From Pseudogymnoascus verrucosus (Eukaryota): a stretch of DNA of 64,000 bases. Positions 11,282 to 24,500 of this stretch are shown piece by piece. The position numbers and the translations under genes were made by a program. The stretch lies in NCBI GenBank assembly GCA_001662655.1, contig KV460212.1; one strand, 5' to 3'. Every line of letters begins with the position of its first letter. Positions within the stretch are counted from its first letter, which is position 1. The notes under the pieces are model-generated. The model made no database searches, was not told where the DNA came from, and worked only from the letters and a program-made list of their open reading frames with translations.

Positions 11282-12451
11282 ATGGGTCTAGTTGATTATT
11301 CGGATTCCGAGTCGTCGGACAATGAGCAGGTCTCAGAGACGAAGAAGCCCAGCAAGGGATCATTTCAAAAAGTGGTCGATCGTTCAAATCCAGGAAAGAT
11401 AAAGGTATCCTTACCTACGACGACAGCGTCAACCAACGATGAGCCGCCTGCGAAGCGCGCAAAGACGAGCGGTGGAGGCGCATTCGGCGGATTCAACTCC
11501 TTTCTGCCTGCTCCGAAAAAGACGGGGGCGGCTGCTCCAAAGACCTTGGGGGGTGTCGCAACGGGGAATGGAAGAGGTGGCGGACTAGGCTCTGGGGTCA
11601 GCTTGAAGACCGGGGCGGCACCAGCATTCAGTCGAAATCCCGAGCCTATCTACGATGGCGGAGATAATTATGATGGTCATGGAGAGGCAGAGGGCGGAGA
11701 GAGCAGCATGGGTTTACCCCCACCACATGCGTCAGCGCAAATACCGGCGGCAGACGTGAAATTGGTAGGGAAGCCATTGATGTTCAAGCCTTTGTCCGTG
11801 GCTAGGAAACCACAGAAGAAGAAGAAGCCAGTCATCACACCTAAGACAGCAGAGGGGCCGGCTTCACAAGGGCCGTCGGAAATGTCGGAGGCGCCGAAGG
11901 CACCACAGCCAAAAGTCTCGCTTTTCTCTGTGCCCCAGGACGCAGACGACGATATTGCTCCCGAGCGGAAGGGAGAGTATCAACCTATGTTATACGGCGC
12001 AAAACCCGAAGAGGACGAAGAGCCTGAAGTCGTCAAAAACCCATACTACGAAGATCAATACAACGACGCTGAATCCCGTCACACCGTCCCGCGACCCGCT
12101 GCCCCAGCAGCTGCTCCAGCATCCACAACCTCCAACTCCCTCGACAATATCGCCTCTGATCTACAACTTTCAGCCTCAGAACGGCGCCAACTCTTTGGGC
12201 GGCAAGGCGCGCGAAATCTCACCGCCAGCAAAGTTATAAACTTTAACACAGACGAGGAGTACCGCAAAAACGAGGAACTGCGCTCTGCCGGCGAGCAGGC
12301 GGTGCACAATCCCGTCCGCTCCATTGCACCAGGCAAGCACAGCCTCAAGCAGCTTCTCAATGCAACGGTGAGCCAGAAAGAAGCATTGGAGGAGAGCTTC
12401 GCAAAGGGGTATGCGAACCGGAAAGAAGCGAGTGGGAGGTATGGGTGGTAG
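11282..12451 (+). CDS. PRCC: PRCC-domain protein (proline-rich, splicing/mitotic-checkpoint associated)
   Basis: Intronless 389-aa ORF beginning MGLVDYSDSE and ending GKHSLKQLL..LEESFAKGYANRKEASGRYGW, the typical PRCC C-terminus. Divergent from SIN1, with 265 bp between start codons. Confidence 0.88.
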   Translation: MGLVDYSDSESSDNEQVSETKKPSKGSFQKVVDRSNPGKIKVSLPTTTASTNDEPPAKRAKTSGGGAFGGFNSFLPAPKKTGAAAPKTLGGVATGNGRGGGLGSGVSLKTGAAPAFSRNPEPIYDGGDNYDGHGEAEGGESSMGLPPPHASAQIPAADVKLVGKPLMFKPLSVARKPQKKKKPVITPKTAEGPASQGPSEMSEAPKAPQPKVSLFSVPQDADDDIAPERKGEYQPMLYGAKPEEDEEPEVVKNPYYEDQYNDAESRHTVPRPAAPAAAPASTTSNSLDNIASDLQLSASERRQLFGRQGARNLTASKVINFNTDEEYRKNEELRSAGEQAVHNPVRSIAPGKHSLKQLLNATVSQKEALEESFAKGYANRKEASGRYGW

Positions 12452-12724
12452 GCGTATAGCCACAGAAGTTGCCATAATAGGAAGATGTATGGATTAAATA
12501 GACATAATGATACCCTTATTTACTCTGATTGACCCTTTCATACATTATCTGACGGTGCCACGGGTCCACTTTCACATGCAACTACATATCGTATATTCAC
12601 GTCTCACTTGGTCAGGGCTCTGCGAGCAACAGCCCATAGCATAACCCTTTCGATGCCCTCGGTATCAAACCCAGGATATACAATATGCACCAGAGCGATG
12701 TAAGCTTCCAGCGTGCCTAGTTGC

Positions 12725-12830
12725 ATCTCACCCACGCTCTTCTCGCCAGAGACATTTCTCACCAAAGACTCTTGTCGCCGACTCTTCTCGCCGAAGGTAC
12801 TTCTCACTGAAGGCATTTCTCACCAAAGGC
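12725..12830. repeat. Degenerate minisatellite of about 16 bp (about 7 units)
   Basis: Units include tcttctcgccagagac, atttctcaccaaagac, tcttctcgccgaaggt, acttctcactgaaggc and atttctcaccaaaggc, plus two 13-bp truncated units. Confidence 0.75.
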
Positions 12831-13093
12831 ACTCGGGTGGTGTCGTACATGTAGTATCCCTTCTTCCATAACGCACTAGAACAAAGCGTCCAGTTCAGCG
12901 TTCGTTTTGTTGTTCTTTCTGAGCTTCAATATGCTTAGCCCACTTGATTGTATAAGGATTCAGGGTGATGTCATGATATGGGCGAGCAGGTATGGCTTCA
13001 CATGTGGTAAATACCAGTCCAAGTCCTCTCATCTTCTAGGAAGATAAGGCTTCATTAGTAATATTGCAACTATCCATATATTAAAAATATCCC

Positions 13094-15179
13094 TCACCGC
13101 GTACACCTCTCACCCGGCTCCCTCCACTCCAGCCTCAACCCCTCAAACACCCTCTTCTCCGCCGTAAGCATATCCGGTGCCTTCCCCCCTACCCCCTCCA
13201 AATCCACCCACGCCCCATCATCCCTTCTCCTCACCCCACTACTATCAAACTTCAGCCCCAAAACCGCCTTCACATAGCGCCTCAGATCGCGCTGGAACGT
13301 CGTCCCGCTCGTCCATCCTGCTACCGCGCACCCAACCGTCCGCCAGGGGCTAACAATAATATCGACTCTGCGGTGGATATTCGGGTTTTTTGCCCTTGGG
13401 TCCGCAGCTACATCTTCTTCTCGTGTGGGCCATGCTGGGTCCTGCCATACTACAAGCGCCTTGTCGAGGGTGTCGAATCCCGCGCCGAAGCCGCCGGCGT
13501 GGCCTATGTCGCCTTTCCAACTCACGGGCGTCTGGTTGCGCTCTGAGTTCGCAGTCGACAGCAATAGCGTGTGGGTAATCCACTCCCGGCGCTCAATCTC
13601 CTCAACTATGCGCTGGACGAGATATAGCGTGACTGTCTCATCAGGGTTACTGACAACAACGTCTACATCGCCGCTCTCTGGCTTCCCCCGCCGATGCCCG
13701 CCAACGATAGTCATTTGGCAGCCAGGGGCAACGTGGTTCGCAGCTTCGAGAATGACAGCGCCTATGTGCTCGACTTCGTCGCGGGGGATTTTCTGCTGAA
13801 ATTCTTCGTAGAATTTCACCCCTATCTGCTGCACGCGTGATAGATTGTTCCATCCGAACTCGACCACGTCGTCGAGATCCCGCCATCCCTTTCTGTAGTA
13901 GAAGTCCCTGGCGCCCCTCGGGCCCACACCCCAGATTTCATAGAATAGATTCAGCGTCTGCATCTCGGGATCATTGTCAATGTCTTCAACTGTGCCTATG
14001 TGGCCGGTATCATTGAACTCCTGCCACAGTGCCGCTATTCTCTCGGAGCATCCTGGAAGGTGGAGGATCTCCTCGGCTGTCGAGATGGTATGGGGGTATG
14101 CAGCTAGTGAAGCAATTGAAGTGGAATATGCGCGGACGCCCACCTCGTCATTGGTGAGAATACGGGACTGGCGGATGCGGACGAGGAACTCAATAAAGGG
14201 GTCGTTGAGGGTGTAAAGTGGGGTGGGCCGTTGGCAGGAGTAGTTTGTTTTCAGGTAATCCGGGATAGGGGGCAGCTCGGGGGGGTTATCGTGCTCAGAG
14301 GTTGTTTGACGGATAAGTGGTGTGGGGCGTGTCACCGAGGCCGGGGAAGATGGAGATTGCAGCGGATTGGAGCGTCTGGGGAATGGAGGTGACGAAGCGT
14401 GCGGTGAGTCGCTCTGGGCGCGAGCAATGATTTCTCCTGGTAGTGGGCTTTTGGGTGGCTGGAACTGGGTTATTACTTTGATATTTCACATGGGCTAGGA
14501 ACCATACCTTCATAACACTGCGATGTTTTGGAGCTTCAATCCGTCGTCCCTCATATACTATATACCCATCAAGCGGTAGCAAATATCCAGCCGCTACACT
14601 TTCCTCGAACCAAGAGAGTTTGACAACTTTGACCGTGCCATTCCCATTAAACACTGGCCCTTCTTGAATGGCTGTTGGCGTTCTGGGTGTGTGTGGTGAT
14701 TTCTCTCTCGGGGGGCTGCTGATAATCTCCCTCCTCGGGCTCTGCGCAGGACTCTGGACATCTTCGGACTGCGTGCTACTACCACTCCTTCCTCTAACGC
14801 TTCTCTTTTGATTTTCATCCTCTTCGGCTTCGGACTCAGTGCTCGAATCAATAACCACGACCTCCACGTGATCAGGAATGTTAATTGGACCAGTGCGTCT
14901 CTTCTTCCTTGCAGGTCCCTCCTCTTGGCTCCTCCCACGACTCCCCTGATCCGCAACTAAGTTTTTATTTTCTCCCTCGTTCCCTTTTACTTCCTCAGTC
15001 CACAACTTCCTACTCCTCAATTCAAACTCAGCCCTCTGCTTCGTTGCTACCTTCCCAAGCACCAGCTTGGCCTCGGTGATGTCATACGTCAGATTAGGAA
15101 TCTCATCTTCGAGCTGCAGGCGCTTCTCCTCTGGTATGTGCGCGGATAGTAAATATGTTATGGGGAGGTCAAGAGGCAT
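13094..15179 (-). CDS. Family X DNA polymerase, Pol mu/TdT-like, with a split N-terminal BRCT region
   Basis: Exons 15179-14508 and 14458-13094 join in frame across a 49-nt intron (14507-14459). Motifs include LPGCSERIA and IWGVGPRGA (HhH), GGHRRGKPESGDVDVV, RRVDII and GWTSGTTFQRDLRRY. Confidence 0.93.
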
Positions 15180-15762
15180 TGTTTAAGCTATTTGAAATGG
15201 GAGTGCCATAGTGTCATCGTGGTGTGGTGATTATGATGGGCAGTCTTGTGGTGGCAACTGAGACCGGCTAGCTTGGTACATATTTGAAAAGAGGTCATTA
15301 GAAGTTTAGTTTACCGCGCTGCGAGTATCAGCCAGAATACTCTAAGTTGCAGTTGTTCGGCCTTTGAGTGAAGGTATCGTGGCTTTTGAGGTGCTGTCAT
15401 TGTCAAATACTCCACTCGGCTAAATATATGGACTACCATTTAGCATATTCTTGTCGACGATCATGAGAATTCAACCACACAGAGTCTGGGACAGTTAACT
15501 AAAAAAAGTATAATATTCAGCTAAGGACAGTTAATAGAATTTTATAGTATTTTGTCCATCGAATTCAAGATTGCATGGTTTAGACGGGGATTAAAATTGC
15601 TCTCAAATGGATATAAATTATACTCTAAATATTTTTGTACGCTTCAAATCTAATATATATGTATATCGCCCAAATTTTAATTGCCATGCTAAACACACAA
15701 CCATTGATTACTCATAGATCATAACCTCGCTGATGCCAAGATACATCTTTCCGTCATCTCTA

Positions 15763-17276
15763 TTACCTTTCCACCATCTTCACTTCAATCTTGAACCCCA
15801 AATCCGCAAGGCGGTCTATGAGAGGTTGGCCAAGAGTCGCAGGGGTCATGAAGCCTCCACCAAGCTTCTTCGCCGTTACATCGTCTTTCAGAAGGGTAAG
15901 GGCAGCCTGAGAGACCAAGAGACCAGACACTGTGATGAAGATTAGCAACGCATCCTTGATAATCGCCATCATCCGCCCTGTCTGGAGCACGAATGACGCG
16001 AGGTTGGAGCGCTTACTCTCATAGAGACCACCGCTGTATCTAACCCTCGCATGGGCTCGTGTCAACGTGTCGACGTTAGGTCGTCCCACCGCGCGATACT
16101 CTACAAAATGGCTCTTCGCTTCCTCCTCCGAGGCTCCGTATCCTCGCGGAGGAACAACCTTACGCATCGCCCACGTGGCAAATGGGAACTTCAGTAGAAT
16201 CGTCCCAACTGTCAAGACAAAATGTATGAAGAGCGCAAAGAAAATGCTCCTGGCCCTGGCGTACTCCGAGAATCTGAAGTTCGGGCCATAGACCTTTCCA
16301 TTACCAATAAGACCCCATGACCTCTCGACGATGGGCACATCACTTGATGCGCCAAAATATGTAGTCAGAATTCCCAGATCGGGATGCTCTCGCACCCCAA
16401 GGATGTTCGTCCATGCTGACTGCGTGGTCGGGGCCGTGGGTCCAGGGATCGGGGAGTGTATGAAGGGTTTCTTGATACGACGGAGGTCAGCAATGCTGAA
16501 GTGGTCTACGACTTCTAGGATCGAATGCAATGTCCCGCCAGAGAACGTGCTCCTATCTGTAATTAGTGATAGCCCTCGAGAAGAAACACGTGATCATAGA
16601 GATGGATTTAGAGATTGCTGGCAGCGTAAATGGAGAAAACCTACTTGATATCCTCCACCGAGAAGATGACTTCCCGTGTCGTCGTTGAGAGTTCTTGGTG
16701 GATGCGCTTTACAATCGCATATGTAACCAGGTCTGACGGTAATGATTCAACGGCGGACTGCGATATAAGAACAGCTCCTGTGCTCTTTGCCACCTTCTCA
16801 TACTTCTTGACCATACTCATGACCCAGGGGACCTCGCCCGTGATGTCCAAGTAGTGCGTGCCATTCTCAGCACAAGCCTTGAGTGCCGGCTCGCCGTAAA
16901 CACAGAATGGACCAACCGTTGCGATAAGGACCGTCGTCTTCCTAGCCAGATCGGCAAGTTCGGCCTCGTCCAAGTTGCATATTTCAATTGCTACACGTGA
17001 ATGTCAGCCAGTGTCGACAATGGCGGATTCAGCCTCGCGATGCCTAAATGCCGGGAGGATTTGAAGCGCTGCTTTTTGACTGGTCTTACAAGGCTGCTCC
17101 CTGTCCGGGTTAATCTTCGCACATGATTCGGCCACAGCTTTCAGCTTCGATTCTGATCGCCCGGCAATGGCCCATCTGATATCCGTAGGATAGGACCTCG
17201 CAATGTGTTTTGCTGTCTCCTTTCCGGTGTAGCCGGTGGCACCCCAAAGCACGATGTCATATTGGCGGGTAGACAT
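15763..17276 (-). CDS. Saccharopine dehydrogenase-like oxidoreductase (SCCPDH/trans-acting enoyl reductase family)
   Basis: Exons 17276-17090, 16990-16645, 16552-16017, 15929-15763 are all in frame. Motifs YDIVLWGATGYTG, WAIAGRSESKL, TVGPFCVYGEPALKACAENGTHYLDITGE, SGGT and GGFMTPATLGQPLIDRL. Confidence 0.92.
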
Positions 17277-17823
17277 CTCAAATGACGGTGATGTGGATTC
17301 TAGTGTAAAGATAGAGCTTTAATATATCTAGTATGTACCCTTATATAGTCTATACGGACAACAATTGAAATCGTGAAACGGCGAGTGTTGGAAGAAAGGT
17401 TAACTCAAGTAGAGTACAGATATTAGCATATGGGTCCTCATGTTTTCTCTGATTCAAAGAGGAATTATTGGTACCTGGGCCTGGATCTGTCGATTGATCA
17501 TATTTAGGCTTTGGTGTGTTTCGTATGCACCAGACAGATTATGTAATATGGTTTGGTTTGTGTTGGGCCTGTTGGGTTGCACATGTTTTACCCAGATGTG
17601 GTTAGTGTGATCACGGTTAATTTTTGCTTCCCGTTGGTGTGCTCGTTACTCGTGTAGTAGCTCGCTCAAGTCTAAAATTAAGGCACCAAGGCTGCAATTT
17701 TCAGATTAGGGCTCACTAAAAAAGATCTCGCGAAATGCTATCGACGAACACCGAAATCAGAGTAGACGGCCCAGCGACAAAGAACATCAACGACTTGTTC
17801 ATCACCGCCAAACCACAGCCAAG

Positions 17824-18401
17824 ATGACCAAACGCACCAAGAAGGTCGGAGTTACCGGCAAGTACGGTACTAGGTACGTTTAATAAACCCAGGAGAAGAA
17901 TCCCTCGAACGACATCTACTCTATTGCGACCTTTTTCGACATTTCGACAAGTGGGATCCCACGAGGACCATTTGGGCACGAACGAAACAATCCGACCAGC
18001 AAACCATTCGGAATACCGCTCAGCTTCGGGACGCAATTTGCAATCTGCAATAGAAAGGAGATGAGAGAAGAACTGGCGCTGACTGTTCTCTTCCCACAGA
18101 TACGGTGCTTCCCTCCGTAAGCAGGTCAAGAAGATGGAAATCACACAGCACGCCAGATACGTCTGCACGTTCTGCGGAAAGACCACTGTTAGACGCCACT
18201 CTGTCGGAATCTGGGACTGCAAGTCGTGCAAGAAGACCGTCGCCGGAGGCGCTTACGTCGTTTCGTATGTGCCCCTCATATCACCGAAAATTGCTCCATC
18301 GAGCCTGTCTGAATGGGAATACTAACGGACATTACAGCACCCCAGCCGCCGCTGCCATGCGTTCCACGCTCCGCCGTCTGAGGGAAATTGCTGAGGTTTA
18401 G
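17824..18401 (+). CDS. RPL43: 60S ribosomal protein eL43 (L37a)
   Basis: Exons 17824-17873, 18100-18264, 18338-18401 give [65 protein letters not shown]. Confidence 0.98.
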
Positions 18402-20179
18402 ATGGGATGACATTGTTGTGGATACATTTGCTGGTGCATGGGATCGGTCCCTCCGGATGAGAACCGATATTTTGTCGATGCGGACTTCGATCATGGCTGC
18501 GATAGGGTCTCAATGAAATCAATCAAAATACCTCGCTGCGAGTCACGATAATCTCACTTGAGTGTCAGACTTGGTCGGCTCTTTGCTACTATTGATAACG
18601 TGATATGAAAATGAAATGGGAGTGGCTGGATGGATGACGTGGATAATATGCTTATAGGAATCGAGGGGTGTTCGCTGCACTGCAACACCAATCCGCTGGC
18701 TGCCTGTGTACAGTCACCAAATAGCCTTGGGGCAGTCGACTGCCTCACTGTCACGGCTATGGATGATGGCACACAACCATGGCAAACGAGTATCGATATT
18801 GCCACCAGATCAGAGAGCTTGGGTCGCAATGGCGCGAGTTCAACTGGACTCGGTGAATATATTGGTATGGCCTTGCCTTCCCTTTCTGGTTGGATTTGAC
18901 TAGCATATTCCAGGTCATGTGCTGTCGATACGGCCACGCAAGCTGCAGCGAGGCAGATGCCTATCTATATTTCCCTATCCCACCCATCCGAAGTTCACGG
19001 ACTCCATCTCGACAACTCTTCTCTGACTCACACCTATTTCAATGATGTATATATCCAAGTCTTAACCCCCAGTTGCGAGACAGCAACTCCGTGATGGTTT
19101 GTTCAATCCCTCATAAATCACGTGCTTGCCACATGTCTTAAGGCTCAAGAAAATGCAAGTGTCATAGGGTCTTATTTAGCCTCCAGAGCTGAACGACAGA
19201 CCCAGTCGACCCAGTCAGGTCACATTCTACCTTCCGGGACGGGATTGGATAATCATCCGGGAAAACAACCTTTTGATGTTCCCGAACGGGCAATAGCTTG
19301 TCATAGCTGGCCTTCAAGGTGGTCGCACTAGGGTGCGTGCAGACCCGTGGAGAGTCAAGTAAAGGCTCACACGTCCTGTCCTCAGGTCCAAGTGTTTCAA
19401 AGATCACGTTTTGTTTTTCGACAGTAATAGATCTGTGGTTTGCAGGGGGAGGGAACATTGATCGCATCCTGCTCCTGCGCCTTCCGCCACGGATAAATCC
19501 ACGGACAAACACATAAGGCCTGCCTGCCTGGAACTGTACAGTACGTACAAAAGAAGGCCCGCAACAGGTCCTGGCCGCACAGTAACAACACCCCGTACAT
19601 TACAGGCGGCAAGAAGAGTGGTCACGACGTCCTTGCGTTGCCAAGTGTACCTACCGGTCCTGCACTCCCTCCTGCAGTCTTGCGGTCCTGCAGTCCTGCC
19701 GTTACAAAAGACTCCATAACAAGGTAATAACAGATATAACTGAAATAACCGGTAATTACTCATAACACAGAGAGTGGTAGTGGTGGTCGACAAAAAGCCA
19801 GTTTGGCACAGTTTTTGGCATAGTTTGGCACATTTGCTCTCATTCGAACCATTCGAGCCATTCGAGCCACACACACTTTTGAACCGTGTGGTCACCGCTC
19901 CAGGCGACAATTCGTCCATGCGCCCTCGCTTTTGGAGGGGAAGATCATTCTCAATTGGACTCGCTTCCGCAATGCGCTAGCGTATCCGCAATAACCCATC
20001 GTCCGCCCAGTTCCTTACTCCGCCGCCTCTCTTACCCTCCAACGCCCCGTCCTATCTCACTTCCGCTGCTTGTTCACTATCGCATCTCACCAGAAAACAT
20101 ATTAAATTCACAAAAGCCACCTTTATGACTTCTTCAACTCTACAAAACATCGACGACTTTTCTACTGTACCCTATCGGC

Positions 20180-22119
20180 ATGGCTGATCAGTGTATTGTC
20201 TGCCTGGACGTTTTGGACGTCGACGATGCCTTACCTCCCAAGGGAGACATCGTCGAGTCTGAAGTTATAGTCAAATCCGAACTTGAAGATCCCGCCTCCG
20301 CCACAGCTCACAACCACCACGCCGACACCCAACAATTACTTGCAGTTATACAAACCTGCGGGCATATACTACATGATTCATGTCTGAAAGAATGGATCCA
20401 AAAAGCAAACAGCTGTCCCATTTGCCGCCAGCAATTTAACCTTGTCGAAGTCCATGACAAAACGTCTGGTTAGTCTACCGCCCTGGCCCCCACACCTGCC
20501 AACCTACTCCAGAACACTCTTGCTAACTCCCCATTACAGGCCCGATACTTTCTACATACACAGTCGAAGATAAAAAGCAAGTCGCCGACTTTGACCCACT
20601 CGCCTGGATTGAGGATCAAGCCCAAGAGGAGGAGTTGTCGAGGCCATGCCCAATATGTGCCAGCTCCGATGACGAAGAAGTCCTTTTGCTATGTGACTCA
20701 TGCGATGCGCCATACCACACATACTGTGTTGGTCTCGATAATGTGCCTCATGGGCAGTGGTTTTGCATGGAGTGTGAGCACGAGGGCGCAAATGCCCGCA
20801 CTGCAGAGCCGTCCATGGCATTTGGCGGAACTCGCCGCAGAAACAATGAACGCACACAAGCCCAGGTCCGACAGGCACGCTCAAGACGCCGTAACCGCAC
20901 GGAAGCATGGCAGGGCGCTTGGAACCAAATCAGCGACCGCATTTATGACGCCTTGGAGCTGGATATCGACTATGACGAAGACAACTCCCTACAAGCATAT
21001 CGGCAGTCCCAGCGTCGCACAGAACGAGAGCGTCGTGAGCTTCAGCAGTGGCAACAGCGCCTCGCGATCGCTAGCCGCCAGGGCGCAAGAGAGGTTTTCA
21101 GGAACTCAGCACGGTCAATACTGCACAACAGAGTTGAGCCACCAGCACCCAGAGAATCTGATGAAGAGCGAAGAGCATGGGAAACATATGATAGAGTCCG
21201 AGAAGCCGAAAATTCTGGCACTCCCACTCGGAAACGAAAGTCGCGATCCACGACGCAATCCCCAAGAGAACCGGCAACCAATGAGCCGGAACGCAAACTC
21301 AAGCGTCCTCGTACCCGTCGAGTTATGGAGAATGCAGCAGGATCCTCATCCGATGGGAATCCAGAATCGCAGCGACCAAATGGCCACCGCAGACCGGTTG
21401 CCCCTGCGCCTCGGAGGCCAATGACTCCCAGTGCTCTCACTCCCAATACAGCGGTAGCAGCACCATCATTCCTCTCATCACTTCTGAAAGAAGTTGAAAT
21501 GAGTGCAGCGAAGGAAGATGACAGCGACAACAATGAGCACGTCTTCGTGAACACGAATTCTACGAGTCCTGCGGCAGACCATTCATCTCCCGTTTTGTCG
21601 CCAGCCACCAGCAGCTACTCTACACCCCGCGCCATGTCATTGACACCACCACCCAATGGCCATGGTATCCGCAGATCTGGATCTCCGTTATCACTCAGCT
21701 CGAGAGTAGAGCCAATCTACCCCCCAGCTGACTACTCTCCAAATCGCTCTCCTCCAGAGAGGACGGCGAGAGCCGAGAATGGGCACTCAAGGCCTAGCAC
21801 ACCGCCTGCTAGCCATCTCCGCCACCCGAAACCCCGAAGACCACAACAACCAATCCCAGGAGAGAGTTCTCCGACACAACCCATCTCCATCGAAGCCAAA
21901 GAAGGCATCCAAAAGATCGTCAAGAAAGCACTTGACCCACACTACAAGAAACCATCTGGCATCACAAAAGAACAGTATGCGGATGTCAACCGTTTGGTTT
22001 CAAGGATGTTGTACGATAAGATAGTTGACCCTACTGCCTTGAACGATGACGAAAAGTCAGCGTGGGAAAAGGTTGCCTCTGCTGAGGTAGCCAAGGCCGT
22101 CGAAGGGCTTTCTGCATGA
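20180..22119 (+). CDS. RING-finger plus PHD-finger protein (Asr1/PHRF1-like putative E3 ligase)
   Basis: Exons 20180-20468 and 20540-22119 (intron 20469-20539). RING CIVC..CGHILHDSCLKEWIQKANSCPICRQ, PHD CPIC..LLLCDSCDAPYHTYCVGLDNVPHGQWFCMEC, and a C-terminal KIVKKALDPHY..ITKEQYADVNR region resembling an SRI-like domain. Confidence 0.9.
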
Positions 22120-22992
22120 GCCAATTTGGCGTGTTTTAGGGCATACTATTGATGATGGCGTTTAACAAATTGGCGATACAATGGGCGTCTTTGCATTTTA
22201 CATAGGATACCCACTGGTTGCCGGATATGGCTTGCCATAGAGTTTCGGGGTTTTTCACGACTAAACGATTAAGCTGGGCATGCGAGGGCGCTGCTCATTG
22301 TGTATAATTTAGATAGATACGAGTTCGTAGAATGGTTGGATGACATTTTATGATATATGCTCCAATATTTGCTCTGTACAGGTCATTTTGTGAAGTCCTT
22401 GTTCAGCTACAGTAGATGTCCCGTCTGTGCGTAAAAATACTCGTACATTTGATCGCCGTTAGAAGCATCCATTTCTCTGACCGACATTCGAATAGATTCA
22501 CATCTGGCGGCCTATAGGCTACTTATAGTCGTCAATGAATACATTGGTCACTCAAAACCAAACCGAAACACATGAAATCAGGGCAAGTAAACATATAAAT
22601 TCAGTATTCATGGATATGGAATATCAGCAGTATCTATCTAACCGTACCATGTAGGGAAATCTGCAGGTACCGCTAGCGAAAAAAAGTCTGCAGTCATTCT
22701 TTCTAGGCACCTATAAATGATCGAAACATTCTCGGAGGAATAGGTCTTGATGATAAGGAAAAGGTGCCATGGATTGAAGAAGGAAAAATCTCTCCGCTCG
22801 CGTCTTTTGTAGGAAGAATTATTTCTCGGTTAACACGTGACTTAGCGTGTCAGTTGGTAAATTGAGACTAGTATGTATTGGGAATAGCGTAAATAAAGTT
22901 AAGAAAGTTGAGCTCGTGTCTCTGGACGTCCCTGGGTAGACTTGGTAGCAGAGCAAGAGCACCACCACAGGCTCGAGCAAGACGATATCAAG

Positions 22993-24142
22993 ATGGCGGC
23001 ATCAAGTAGAGGAAGTGAGGCTGCGGCCTCGCTCATACGTATGTCCATCCCACCCAATGCCAGCAGACAGACCCGTCAGCGCAGCACAGCAACTAACCCA
23101 TCTCCCCAGGAGCAACGAAAAACCCCCGTCTCTGCAACACCTGCATCTCCTCCCTTCCCTCCCGCCGCACCTACGCCGCCGCCGCCGCGCAACTCAAGCC
23201 CTCCGAGCCCACTCCCTCCGCCTCCCCCGCGACTTCCACCGAGCTCGCCCCTTACACCATCAAATCGGGGATCTGTCTCTCGCGCGCCCCTGTGCTCACG
23301 CAGCCGCTGCACCCCTTCGAGTCGGCATTCTTCTTCTACCAGCGTCGACTCAATGAGCGTCTTGCCATGCCGTTCTCGCGGTACTTCTACTTCAAGAAGG
23401 GCACGCCGCTCGACTCTGCGTGGAAGCGGAAGGCGGCTACGCGTGGTGGGACGCCCGCGAGGGACCTCGGCGCGTATAATCCGTATAGTGAGACGGGGTG
23501 GAATGATGAGGTGATGGTGGGGGATCGGATTAGCGAGAAGAAGGTCACGAGGGAGGCGCTGGTGGAGGATGCGATGAACAGGGGCCTTAGTGCTGAGGAG
23601 GCGGGTGCGGAGGAGGAGGAGGTGGTGGAGATTCCACAGGAGAGATATACCGAGGCGGATACGGCGAAGGATGTTAAGAGGCTTGATAGGAAGCTGACAA
23701 GGACGCTGTATCTGGTTGTCAAGAACAAGGAGGGGAAGTGGACGTTCCCTTCGGGTGAGCTGGTTGGCAGGGAGAACTTGCACCAGGTATGTTGATATCC
23801 CCTTGAGGTTGTCTTTGCAAGTGAAGCAGAAACTAACTACTACTACAGGCTGCGGAACGTGTGCTCGTCCAGTCAGCGGGGATGAACATGAACACCTGGA
23901 TTGTTGGCCACGTGCCTATCGGACACTACATCTCGAAGCCGCATCTCGGCGGCGACTCGGCGATTACGAAGCAGGGCGAGAAGACCTTCTTCATGAAAGG
24001 CCGCATTATGGCCGGACAGGCGGACTTGAAGGAGAACGCGTTCGGGATCACCGACTGGAAGTGGCTGACGAAGGAGGAGGTTCAGGGCCATGTTGGTCCG
24101 AAATACTTCAGCCATGTTAAGAATATGATGGCTGCGAGGTAG
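22993..24142 (+). CDS. MRPL17: Mitochondrial ribosomal protein mL46 (yeast MrpL17)
   Basis: Exons 22993-23038, 23110-23786, 23849-24142. Motifs HPFESAFFFYQRRLNERL, TEADTAKDVKRLDRKLTRTLYLVVK..WTFP, and GEKTFFMKGRIMAGQADL..WLTKEEV. Confidence 0.92.
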
Positions 24143-24500
24143 ACTTGGGGAAGAGAGAAGTTATAGAGGCCCGGCATCTATGAGGGGTCGGATGGCGACG
24201 GGGAGATGGTGAGAATACTTGTAGTATAGAGAGTGTATCATATTGTCAACATTACGGTGTATCATGTTCATCTTTTCAAGGTCTTATATATGAATTATGC
24301 GGCGTTCACACGTGGAGTACTCCTGCCGTTTGATAGTTGCAGTACTTTTGAGCATCAAACACCAGCCTCATCACCGGTAAGTTTTTCTGATTCTCTCGTC
24401 TCTTCATCGCATCCTGTTCAACTGCTTCTTCTCATCATCATCGCTCTGTCTGTTTTACTTTCGTTTTGCTTTACTCCTTTCACTTTTATCGCTACTCTTA

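Noticed and set aside
15480..15720. AT-rich patch as a RIP-mutated transposon relic (also 43400-43870 and 59030-59370)
   Set aside because: No terminal repeats, target duplications or transposase remnants. These patches fit ordinary 3' UTR/terminator DNA.
18554..19520. Short ORFs between RPL43 and the RING-PHD gene
   Set aside because: They have no motifs or coherent exon structure and overlap on both strands, so they are probably spurious.
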